Shown here piece after piece: positions 32,598-55,315 of a stretch of DNA of 64,000 nucleotides (the first letter of the stretch is position 1; every line of letters begins with the position of its first letter). The stretch is from the human T2T-CHM13v2.0 reference genome, Homo sapiens. The stretch lies in the NCBI RefSeq assembly GCF_009914755.1, contig NC_060926.1; one strand, written 5' to 3'. Made by a program: the position numbers and the translations under genes. A model generated the notes under the pieces. That model made no database searches. It was not told where the DNA came from and saw nothing but the letters and a program-made list of their open reading frames with translations.

Positions 32598-33222
32598 TAG
32601 AGATAGAGTCTCAATGTGTTGCCCGGGCAGGTCTTGAACTCCTGGACTCAAGCAATCTGCCCGCCTCAGCCTCCCAAAGTGCTGGGATTACAGGGGTTAG
32701 CCACCACACCTGGCCAGAAACGTAATCTTTAGAAGTATTTGAATTAGAATGATTCATTGCAATGTAATTAAATATCCAGACTTCTGCTGAATTGCAGTTA
32801 TTAGAGGAACAAGAATATTAGATCTGGTCTGAAGATTTGGGAGGAAAAAAAAGAATATTAGATCTGAGAAATGTTGAGTTTTTTCTAGTTCCTGTAGGAT
32901 TTTTAAGTTTTGAATTTTTCCTTCAAAAATCATTTTCATCCAGCCATTGTATCTACTTCACTTCATTTGAACTAGAGTATATGTGGAGTTCAGTTTCTCA
33001 TAAGGAAAATCACAGCTAAAGGAATGAATTTTTCTCTCATTATTTTAGGCATTTGTTAGGCATTCTGTCATTTCACTAAAATGTAGCCAGATGTGGGCTT
33101 CTTTTTGTTTATTTTTGGGGGGATTTGTATTTCTTGAATCAAAAGATTCATCTTCATCAATTATGCAAAATTTTCACTATTTTTTTGTAATTTCTTTGTA
33201 CTCCTTGTAGAATTCCTATTAG

Positions 33223-33483
<261 letters not shown>

Positions 33484-33725
33484 TGACCTCATGATCCGCC
33501 TGCCTCAGCCTCCCAAAGCGCTGGAATTACAGGCGTGAGCCGCCGCGCCTGGCCAGGCCTGGGAATTTAACCTGTGGAGAGTTCTGTTTTTATGCAGTAT
33601 TTTACTTCCAACTCCCTTAGGTCTCAGCCTTCAACTTCTATCCCTGGGTAGATATTAAAACCCAAGTCACTGCCAGGCTCACACCTGTAATCCCAGCACT
33701 TTGGGAGGCTGAGGTGGGCAGATCA

Positions 33726-34012
<287 letters not shown>

Positions 34013-34158
34013 TCAGTCACCTCACATACTTAACATTCTGGCTTTCCTTTCCTCTGTTTCTGGCATCTGGAGATTTCCTTTTTTTGTGTGTGAGCTCATT
34101 TATGGTTATCTGTTGTTATGTTTAATACAACCATTCCTGGCTGAGGCTGCCACATCTA

Positions 34159-34579
<421 letters not shown>

Positions 34580-34618
34580 TCATGCAGGTGATTAATGATA
34601 CCTGTCCACCAAGTTATA

Positions 34619-38103
<3,485 letters not shown>

Positions 38104-39035
38104 TTATTTAATGATAAAAAATTTATTAAAACGTTTATTTGATATTTAAATACTAAAAGAATTTTTCAGCACCACCAAAGCTTTTCGTGTTTCTTCTTTT
38201 TGTCAAGCTATGAATAATGTAGGAGGTGACAGCTTCCCTCATAATCAAATATAGTAAAGAGATGTATTTTTTAATGGTAATTGAAAAGATTCACAATAGA
38301 GTCAGTGAAGAGATAATAACTAATGCACAAAGAGGACGTACACTCTTTCCACCTACCCCCCAGTTTTTATATGTATAAATAGGACAGGCTTTGCTCACAG
38401 GCAGACAATGGGATTATCTGCATGCATAATTTGAATAGCCAGCAAGACATTCACACTTGATCACATCTGATATTTGAAATGCTACTATTTCCAATCTATT
38501 TCTTTGTACTAAGCAGAATACCTTTTGAAATTTACAGACACATAAAAGGTATAATATATCAAATCCCTAGTTCTCCAGTGTGTATTATATATTCATTAAT
38601 TCAGTAAACATTTATTTATGTCCCCAGAGTGCCAAGTCAGAGATCGTTAGATGAATGACACAGTACCTGTCCTCAAGCAGTTCACTTTCTAGTAGACTGA
38701 CAGATATGAAAACAGACAAAACTATAACCAAATGTCAGCTGGGGTTTACCTATATCTTAAGATCTCTAGATAAAACTAATTCAAACTCCCTTCCACCCAC
38801 TGCCTAGAATTCAATCGCTCATCCAATAAGTTTTATCAATTTTGAAAGGTGCGACTTATATTTTTATGGTCACTCTCATCTCTAACCTTTGACTCTTGCT
38901 AAACTACCCCTGTTGAGTGATTGTCTTAGCATGAGACTTCTGTTGTCCCAGTTTGGCACTGCTTCGACTCAAATGTTAAGCCTGGCTGTTTTCCTTGATT
39001 TTCACAACTTCCATACAACAAATCCTTCACACAAG

Positions 39036-39038
<3 letters not shown>

Positions 39039-39073
<35 letters not shown>
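39039..39073. repeat. (TG)n microsatellite, about 17 units
   Basis: Read directly. Confidence 0.95.
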
Positions 39074-39074
<1 letters not shown>

Positions 39075-40266
39075 TATAAATAGGTTCAGGGAGAACCAGG
39101 GATTTATATGCTGGAAATGTGAACAACCTATAAGTTAGCATGAAATATTCCTTTTCGTAAAGATCCATTTCTGCATGGGTCCTATTATCATGGAGCTCAC
39201 TGGTTAGAGAGGGGCAGCCAGACAGTAAACAACTCACTTCACAGGTACTTAGTTATAATTTTATTAGATGCTTTAATAGGATAAATGTTGTTCTGGTTAT
39301 GTAGAACAGGGGTACCTGGACTAGGATGCAAGGCCTAGACCAAATTCTTTGAGGAAGCAACATTTGATGAATGAAGACTTGTGGAGAAGGATGATTAGAA
39401 ATGATTCAGCTAAGAAAATAGGCCAGGCACAGTGTGGCTCACGTCTGTAATCCCAGCACTTTGGTAGACCAAGGTAGGAGGATCACTTGAGTCCAGGAGT
39501 TCAAGACCAACCTGGACAACATGACGAAACCCCATCTCTACAAAATATACAAAAATTAGCTGGGTGTGGTGGCATGTGCCTGTAGTCCGAGCTACTTGGG
39601 AGGCTGAGGTGGAAGAATCACTTGAACCCAGGAGATTGAGGCTGCAGCGAGATGTGATTGCACCACTGCCCTCCAGCCTAGGCAACAGAGCAAGACCCTG
39701 TCTCAAAAAAGAAAAGAAAACAGTACGAATGGAAGCTTGAGGTAGAGGAAGAATTTGGCTTGTATGAGAAATTTAAAAAACACCCATATGCTTAGGGAGC
39801 GAGATTAAGAATAGTATATACGGCTGAAGCAGAGTTAGATCATGTAGTACCTTGTAAATTGGGTTAAGAATTTTGGATTTTTTCCGAAAAGCTGCTTCAG
39901 ATATATCAATACAGTGCTATGGGTAGTAACCAAATACTTGGAGGAAGTTGAAGGGGTGACAGCTGGCTCATCAAGTCTTGCAAGCAAGTTAATAAGCATA
40001 TCCCCAGCAGAAGCATCGGTTTGTAGAAAGACCAAGAGTTTTCAATGGGCCCAGTTAGGCCAGGAAACAATGAGTACAATGTGATAGGAACACAGAAAAT
40101 GTATATCATGGCAAGAAAAGAGACAAGAAGGTAAACTGAGGCCAGATTACAAGCAGTCATGGATGCCTTCCTAAGGTGCTGGATGCTGGGGGTTTATCCT
40201 GTAAGCATTGAGGTAGGGGCATGACACAAGGAGGCTTGTGGTTTAAAAAGATGACTCTGGGCATTT

Positions 40267-40294
40267 TCATCATCATCACCATCATCATCATCAT
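40267..40294. repeat. (CAT)n trinucleotide repeat
   Basis: tcatcatcatcaccatcatcatcatcat. Confidence 0.9.
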
Positions 40295-40439
40295 AACAAA
40301 GGTACCCAGCACATTGAAGAGGCAACCAGTGGTGGACAGTGAGGTGCTTTAGAGGTAAATGATGAAGGCTAATAAATGCCTTAGTAGCTAGCAATTAGGA
40401 ACAAGAGCTAATTTAAACTTCACACCAAAACTAGGTGAG

Positions 40440-43560
<3,121 letters not shown>

Positions 43561-43624
43561 AAAAAAAAAAAGGAAGCAGTTCCAGACTTCTTTACAAAGT
43601 GTAGGCTCCTAATTCCCATTTAGC

Positions 43625-44782
<1,158 letters not shown>

Positions 44783-46161
44783 TAAATATATATGTGTGTA
44801 TTTTGTAGAGACAGGGTTTTGCCATGTTGCCCAGGCTGGCATTGAGCTCCTGGGCTCAAGCAATCTGCCTGTCTCAGCCTCCCATGGTGCTGGGATTACA
44901 GGTGTAAGCCACCATGCCTGGCCCATAATTCAATTTTTGTTTTGTTTTGTTTTGTTTTTTTGAGACAGAGTCTCACTCTGTCACCTGGGCTGGAGTGCAG
45001 TGGCATGATCTTGGGTCACTGCAACCTCTGCCTCCCGGGTTCATGCGATTTTCCCTGCCTTAGGCTCCTTAGCAGCTGGGATTACAGGTGCGCGCTACCA
45101 TGCCCACCTATTTTTATTGCATTTTTAGTAGAGACGGGTTTTTGCCATGTTGGCCAGGCTGGTCTTCAACTCCTGACCTCAGGTGAACTTCTGCCTCGGC
45201 CTCCCAAAGTGCTGGGATTACAGGCGTGAGCCACCACGCCCGGCCTATAATTCAGTTTTAAATAACACCATCTGAAGGCCACCAAGAGTCCAGTCCCAGT
45301 AGGAATATTCCAAACCCAGTCATTTCTTCTCATCGTTACTCTAACATGCAGTGGAAAGGCTATCAGGCCAGCATGTGCCTGCTGGCACCATCGACTATTG
45401 TGATCTACTATGAGCCAATACTTAAATAAGAAGACATATCTTTCAATAACAAAAAGTCAGATTGGTAGACAATTCTTTTTTTTTTTTTTTTTTTTTTTTC
45501 ACAGACAAGGATTCCCAGGCTCAAGCAATCTTCCTGCCTCGGCCTTCCAAAGTGCTAGGATTATAGGCATGAGCCACCATGCCCTGCCTGACAAATCTTG
45601 AGTCAGATATTAGTAAAACAAAGAATATATTTGCCCAGTTCTTTTAGGGCATAGTCCTGCTAAAATGCACCTAATGTGTGTATTTAGGGTACTTATCATA
45701 ATGGACATCTGTAATTGCTTTTGGCTGCCCAGCATCTGAACCCACTTGCTAGATTCGGGACATCTCCCATTATCTAGGTCTTGGTGGGAAGTAGGCTCTG
45801 ACCTCTAACTTTAGAAGCCTAAGGGATGAGATTCACCCTCTACTAACTCCCCTGACAGCCTTGTGACCCAGATTTAGCCACTATGTACTTTGTGTCTTGA
45901 GTAAGCAATGCCAAGATGAAGGGATGATAAGTGATATTGGATCTGTGGTAGCTCTAGTATTAGCAGTTTGGCATTGAGGCTGTGTTTATTGTGAGTAGTG
46001 GCTGCCTACAGTGGCCATTATGTCAAATACTAGAGATGTCATATGTTGGTGGTGGCAGCAGCATCTCCACCAGACTGTTCCTGCCACTCCTACTCCCTTG
46101 GTCCCAGCCAATTGTTTGAGAATGTTTTCATCATTTCTCATCACTTCTGTGAGTTACATAA

Positions 46162-46515
<354 letters not shown>

Positions 46516-46517
46516 TA

Positions 46518-46847
<330 letters not shown>

Positions 46848-46912
46848 TTACCAAAAAAAAAAAAAAAGAAAAAAAAAGAAAAAGAATCCTCACTTTCAGC
46901 AAATTAGCATAA

Positions 46913-47345
<433 letters not shown>

Positions 47346-47600
47346 TCAAAGGTATGCTGCTGGTCATCATCAGATGTTGTGATTTTATAATTTTCTCTCA
47401 AATGTTGCTGAGTAGCATTCTATGAACATACCATAGTTTGCTTATCCATTCATCTGTTAATGGACGTTTTGGTTGTTCCCAGTTTCTGGGTATTACAAAT
47501 AAAGCTTCAATAAATATTCATGTATAAGTCATTGTATGGACATATAACTACTTTTCTCTTGGATACATACCTAGGCATAGAATGGCTGGTGTATGTGTAA

Positions 47601-47729
<129 letters not shown>

Positions 47730-48220
47730 TGAGTAGCTGGGATTACAGGCATGCGCCACCACACCCGGATAATTTTGTATTTTTAGTAGAGACAGGGTTT
47801 CTCCATGTTGGTCAGGTTGGTGTCGAACTCCCGACCTCAGGTGATCCACCTGCCTCAGTCTCCCAAAGTGTTGGGGTTACAGGTGTGAGCCACTGTGCCT
47901 GGCCGTATTTCATCTCATATATTGATTTTACCTCATTCACCCTGCTCCAGGCACTCCGACCTTCTCTCAATTTTTTTTAAGTTTTTTATATTTATTTATT
48001 TTTATTTAGCGATGAGGGCTAAGTATGTTTTACAAGATGGAGTGTAGTGGCTATTCACAAGTGCGCTCATAGGGTACTGCAGACTCGAGCTCTTGGCCTA
48101 AAGCAATCCTCCTGCCAAGCCTCCCAAGTAGCTAAGACTACAGGCACATGACACCACACCCAGCTTCTTTCAATTTCTTGATCAAGCCAAGCTTTTTCAC
48201 AATGTAAGAGCTCTTGCCCC

Positions 48221-48438
48221 TCTTTCCCTCCTTCCTTCCTCCCTCCTTCCCTCCCTCTTTCCTTCCTTTTTTCCCCTTCCTTCCTTCCTTCCTTCCTCCT
48301 TCCCTCCCTCCCTCTCTCCCTTTCTTCCTTCTTTCTTCCTTCCTTTCTTTCTTTCCTTCCTTCCTACTTTTTTTCTTCCTTCCTTCTTTCTCCTTCCTTC
48401 CTTCCTTTCTTCTTTCTCCTTCCTTCCTTCCTTCTTTT
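48221..48438. repeat. About 220-bp polypyrimidine (TTCC/TTTC/TCCC)n tract
   Basis: Almost purely C/T on the plus strand. Confidence 0.95.
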
Positions 48439-48487
48439 CACCAGTGTCATAGTAAGCACTTACTTTTAATTTTAACCTAGTGAGTGA

Positions 48488-48748
48488 ACCAAGCACTTAA
48501 ATTTACTCTAAGTGCAATGGAAACCTATAGACAAGTTTTTAATCAGGAAAATGATATAAATTGATTTAAACTTTCAAAAGATCTCTCCTGACTCTGAATG
48601 GACTATAGATTATAAGGGGATAAGAATGAAAGTAGTGTGACTAATTAGGAGGCGTTTTCAGCAATTCAATGAGAGATGACAATGGCTTGTATCACGGTAG
48701 AAGTAGTGCCAACGGTGAGAAGTACTCAGAGATGAGAAATATTTTGGA
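48488..48748 (-). mobile_element. L2 fragment
   Basis: aatttactctaagtgcaatggaaacc...gagagatgacaatggcttg...gaaatattttggag. Other L2-like pieces lie at about 38590-38720 and 53000-53400. Confidence 0.6.
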
Positions 48749-49737
48749 GGTCGGGTGCGGTGGCTCACGCCTGTAATCCCAGCACTTTGGGAGGCTAAGG
48801 TGGGCAGATCACCTGAGGTCAGGAGTTTGAGAACAGCCTGGCCAACATGGTGAAACCCCGTCTCTACTAAAAATACAAAAATTAGCTGGGCATGGTGGTG
48901 TGCACCTGTAGTCCGAGCTACTTGGGAGGCTGTGGCAGGATAATCACTTCAAACCAGGAGGCTGAGGTTGCAGCGAGCTGAGACCACACCACTGTACTCC
49001 AGCCTAGGCGACATAGTGAAACTCCATCTCAAAAAAAAAAAAAAAAAAGTTTTCCAGTGACGGGAAGCAAAAGAAGGAGAAGTAACTTAAAGAGAATACG
49101 CATCAGAAAAAATGTTTTATGGCCAGCCATGGTGGCTCACTCACACCTGTAATCCCAGCACTTTGGGAGGTCAAGGCAGACGGATCACTTGAATCCAGGA
49201 GTTCGAGACCAGCCTGACCAACATGGTGAAACCCTGTTTCTACCCAAAATACAAAAATTAGCCAGGTGTGGTGGCACATGCTTATAGTCCCAGATACTTG
49301 GCAGGCTGAGGCACGAGAATCGCTTGAACCCAGGAGGCAGAGGTTGCAGTGAGCCGAGATGGCACCACTGCACTTCAGCATGGGCGACAGAGGTTGACAA
49401 GAAAAGGTTTTTGCTTTGTTTCGCTTTCTCAGATGAGAGATGCTAGCCCATCTTTGGGATCAGAAATCAGAAGTTATTAGAAAGAGAGAGATGATGGTGT
49501 GGAGAAGGAAGGATTAGATCCAAAGGGCAGGAGTGAAATGAAGGAAGGAGGGACACTCCCACTGTTGAAACTGGAAGGAAGAAAAAAAAAGTACAGGTGC
49601 AGATTGAATCATAGATTTGGGAATCAGGCCGGGCGTGGTGGTTCAAGCCTGTAATCCCAGCGCTCTGGTGGGCAGATCACCTGAGGTCAGGAGTTCCAGA
49701 CCAACCTAGCCAACGTGGCGAAACCCCATCTCTACTA

Positions 49738-49923
<186 letters not shown>

Positions 49924-50343
49924 TCAAAAGATAAGCTATTTCTGGTAGTCTCTATTTTCCCAGAGAAGTAGGCAACACCCTCAGTTGGGAGTAGAGGGTT
50001 GTGGAAAAGACGTGGAAGTTCAGAGAAAAAAAGTAGAAAGTTGAGAATTTGTAAAGTAAGGAAGAAAATAATTTGGGAAAGAGGATGTATAATATAGGAA
50101 ACTGGGCCAGGCACGGTGGTTCACGCCTGTAATCCCAGCGCTTTGGGAGGCCGAGGAGGGTGGATCACCAGGTCAAGAAGTTGAGACCATCCTGGCTAAC
50201 ACAGTGAAACCCCGTCTCTACTAAAAATCGTACAAAATATTAGCCAGGCGGCTGGGCGTAGTGGCTCACGCCTGTAATCCCAGCACTTTGGGAGTCCAAG
50301 GCGGGCGGATCCCGAGGTCAGGAGATCGAGACCATCCTGGCTA

Positions 50344-50753
<410 letters not shown>

Positions 50754-51660
50754 TCATGCTGGGGTGGACTATGAGAGGCAATAATTCGAAATTATATCGT
50801 GGAAATGCTTCAACCTCTACCAAGACCTACTTCAAAAGGAAAATCTTGTGTTGAGTAGCAGTTAAAAATGGAATAAGATATCAGACCTTCAACCAAATAG
50901 TTCTTAATAGCTCAAAACTACTATAGGATAGCAATTTTATTCCCAAATTATTCTAGAACTGAATATCTGAAACTCAGTGACCAAAAGCCAGTCAACCAAT
51001 CTTCCACAGCCTAATACACACACATAAAATATACCTCTGGCATTACATTATAACTTCCCCCATCAAACAAAACAGGAAGAGTGGTTATGTTGGGCTGATA
51101 GTGTAAGATGGTCTGTCATGTAGCGTTTCCGTTATATTCTGAATTTGAGTTGGTATACCATGTGACAGTTCTTTATATATATGTTTTCAACACCGCTATG
51201 ACAAGAGTGTCTTTCTGTTTTTGCGTAAGTGTCTCATGAAAAGAAGGCATAAAGAATATTCAAAAGAAATTTTAAGAATCTTTGTTATCTGAAGGTCGTA
51301 TCTTTAGTGCATGTTCTGTCTCTCATAGTTGCTAAACTCTAGCTGCAGCTCTTCTCTCAGAGAACTGCTCTGTCCTGCCCATCTATCCCATTATGACTTT
51401 CAGTTGTGAGATGAAGATATCTGTTTGAGAAAAAAAATTGGTTCCTCTAAATAGAGAAATGTCCAAATAGCTACTTTAGTCTCTTCTTTAATCTCAAGTT
51501 ACATCAGAGAAAAGATTTCAGCATGTATAAAACATCCATATCTACAGTGACCTTGGTGTTTTTCTCAATGCATAAATCATCACATTTCTTCATTTTCTAG
51601 TGCATGAAATAATTAAACTTAAAATATCTTCTTTAATTCTAGACACAATTAATTCAATGC

Positions 51661-51688
51661 TATTATTTTTTATTTATTTATTTATTTT

Positions 51689-51723
<35 letters not shown>

Positions 51724-51728
51724 TTTTT
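51661..51728. repeat. (TTTA)n Alu-tail microsatellite
   Basis: Read directly. Confidence 0.9.
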
Positions 51729-52452
51729 GAGACAGAGTCTCTTTCTGTTGCCCAGGCTGGAATGTAGTGGCATGATCTCAGCTCACTGCAACCTCCGCCT
51801 CCTGGGTTCCAGGGATTTCCAGCTAATTTTTTTATTTTTAGTAGAGACAAGGTTTCATCATGTTGGCCAGGCTGGTCTCAAACTCCTGACCTCAAGTGAT
51901 CTGTCTGCCTCGGCCTCCCAAAGTGCTAAGATTACAGGTGTGAGCCAGCTCGCCTGGCCTCAATACTATTAATTTTTTACTTATGTAAATTTTGTAGGGT
52001 GTAACTTCCCACATATTTCCAAAGCGTTTTTATATTTAACACTAAAGACCCACAATGGGCTGGGCACGGTCGTTCACGCCTATAATCCCAGCACGTGGGG
52101 AGGCCGAGGCGGGCGGATCACCTGAAATCAGGAGTTTGACACCAGCCTGGCCAACGTGGTGAAACCCTGTGTCTACCAAAATTACAAAAAATTAGCTGGG
52201 CTTGGTGGTGGATGTCTGTAATCCCAGCTACATGGGAGGCTGAGGCAGGAGAATTGCTTGAACCTGGGAGGTGGAGATGGCAGTCAGCCTAGATTGTGCC
52301 ACTGCACTCCAGCCCGGGCAACAAGAGCGAAACTCTGTCCCCACCACCCAAAAAAAAAAAGACTCACAATGTACAAACGGCTATTCTAGGCATAGTTGGT
52401 TCTAAGAGAATAAGATTCCTTGATAGATACATCCAGCTTTTCTATTTAGAGT

Positions 52453-52929
52453 TGTGTAGTTTTGGGTCCTTCAGGAAGCAGACACTGAAATAAAGTTGGA
52501 AGTGCAAGAAGTGTAGGGGGTGGAATGGTGATGGGGATGTACACCTATGAGAGATAAAAAAGGAGGATGGAGGATTGGGTAAAGAAAGCCTTCACATCTG
52601 GATGCTGATCTGATATCTGTGAAAGGAAAGAGGGGAGTAAAGAGGATTGGGCCAGGAGAGCCTGAGACTTTGATATATATTGAGCAAAGTCTCAGCCTAC
52701 TTAATGGGGAGATGAAGAGCAAAGATTGCCTGTTAAGAGAAGTTTTGCAATGGGTAGAACTGGTCCTGTTAATGCTGCCATGATCAGCCACTGGTATGGG
52801 CTGCCTGGGAAGATCATAACCTCAGCTTGCTGTGGTAGATTCCAAAGGTGCTGCAGCTGATGGCCATTAGCTAAGTGTATTCTTTCAGCTAAAAGGAGAT
52901 CCAAGCAATGTACTTTCATGCCTGCTACA
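52453..52929 (-). mobile_element. Old ERVL solo LTR (LTR41-like)
   Basis: Motifs ggaagcagacactgaa, gagcaaagattgcctgttaagag and aaggtgctgcagctgatggccattagctaa, with TG...CA termini. Confidence 0.6.
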
Positions 52930-54660
52930 TCAGCTGTGCCCCTTTTGCTAATATTGCTCTCCTCATGCATTTCAGATCTATGCTTCACAAGTACAGAGCA
53001 CAGACTGTTGCACTGTCTCCTAATTCTTCTTCTTTGACCATTCCCTCATCTCTGTATTAAATACTTTTAGCAGATTAATCTTTCTAAAAGATCATTTTTA
53101 CCTTGTCAGTCTTTTGCTCAAAAATGTTGCGTCTCCCTATTATGTACAAAATAAAGCCCAGACTATTTAGGCTGATACTCAAGGCTGACACACGACTAGC
53201 CCCAATCTACCATTCTGTTTTTATATAACTTTGTGTCCTCTGTGGTCAACATATGTGGAACCTATTCACTATCTCCCCAATATTCGTTTGTATTTACAGA
53301 TCTCTTGTTGCTCACATAATACCTTCTACCCCATTTGACAAACCATTCTCTCTTCTATCTACCTATCAAAACCAAACCTATCTTTGAAGGATTACATTTA
53401 CTCTCCTATAGAAAGTATGGTAGGTATACTATAGTACAGTATAGTATTGACCCTTCCTCAGAAGTATATCAATATGTCTCGCCCTTGTTCATATTTTTCC
53501 TTCTTTTTAAAATTATTATTATTGTTTTTTGAGACAGAGTTTTGTTCTGCTGCCCAGGCTGGAGTGCAGTGGTGCAATCTCAGCTCACTACAACCTCTGC
53601 CTTCCGGCTTCAAGTGATTCTCATGCCTCAGCCTACTGAGTAGCTGGGACTATAGGCATGCACCACCAAGCCCGGCTAATTTTTGTATTTTTAGTAGAGA
53701 GAGGGTTTCACCATGTTGGTCAGGCTGATCTCGAACTCCTGACCTCAGGTGATCCACTCTCGGCCTCCCAAAGTGCTGAGACTATAGGTATGAGCCACCG
53801 CACCCGGCCATATTTTTCCTTCTTTTAGTACTCAAGTTTTAATGAGGACATATCTCTTTTTCAGCTCTATGTCATTTCCTTTGGTGTAATAGGAGCACAG
53901 TGTTTATACTTAGCAACTACTCCATGACTGAATTAAGAGATAGATGGGGAATAGATTAAGAAGCCACTACAGAATTGCAAAAAATAAAATAAAATAAAGT
54001 GAGTTAAAATGTCAGGGTAATATAGGAAAATACATTGGGAAATGAAAAAACACTCCATGTGACTGTTTCACGGAAATGAATGACCCTCTTCCTCTTCTGT
54101 TTCTTTCTTAGGTAAAGACTAGGGCAGAATTCTATACCCAAGGTTCAGACCTATTGAGGCTATTTATGAATAGACTTTGGTGGTGTTTGCTGATCAAAAA
54201 CTCTTTGAAATGTATAAAAAAACTTGTATACACGTGTATTTGCATTTTTTCTAGGAATAGGATCTGTCTCTTTTATCTGAGTTTCAAGGGGTCTGTGATC
54301 ATAAAAGGATTTAAAACAACTTGACCAGAATTTGGGGCCTTAGAAGAGAGGTCAAGTAGTGTTGAACAAGATTTGGCAAGTAGTAGGTCACTGGTAATCT
54401 TAAAGAAAATAGATTCTGAAGAATGAAGAAAGCAGAAGCCCATGTCCCCAGGAATTGAAGAGTGAGTGGGTGGTGAGGATGTGGAGGTAGCCGATACAGA
54501 CTTTTCCTCCCAGAAATGTATCAGTGAATGAGAATAAATCTGTATGATAACTTAAGCAACTATAGGATCAGGGGAAGGGTTTTGTTTGGATGGGAGATAC
54601 TTGAGCATATTAACAGAAAAAGTGAAAGAGGATGATTAATAAACGAATTGGTTGGGAAAG

Positions 54661-55315
<655 letters not shown>

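Noticed and set aside
48197-48496. Lys/Glu/Arg/Gly-rich and Phe/Pro/Ser-rich ORFs
   Set aside because: Translations of the (TTCC)n low-complexity tract.
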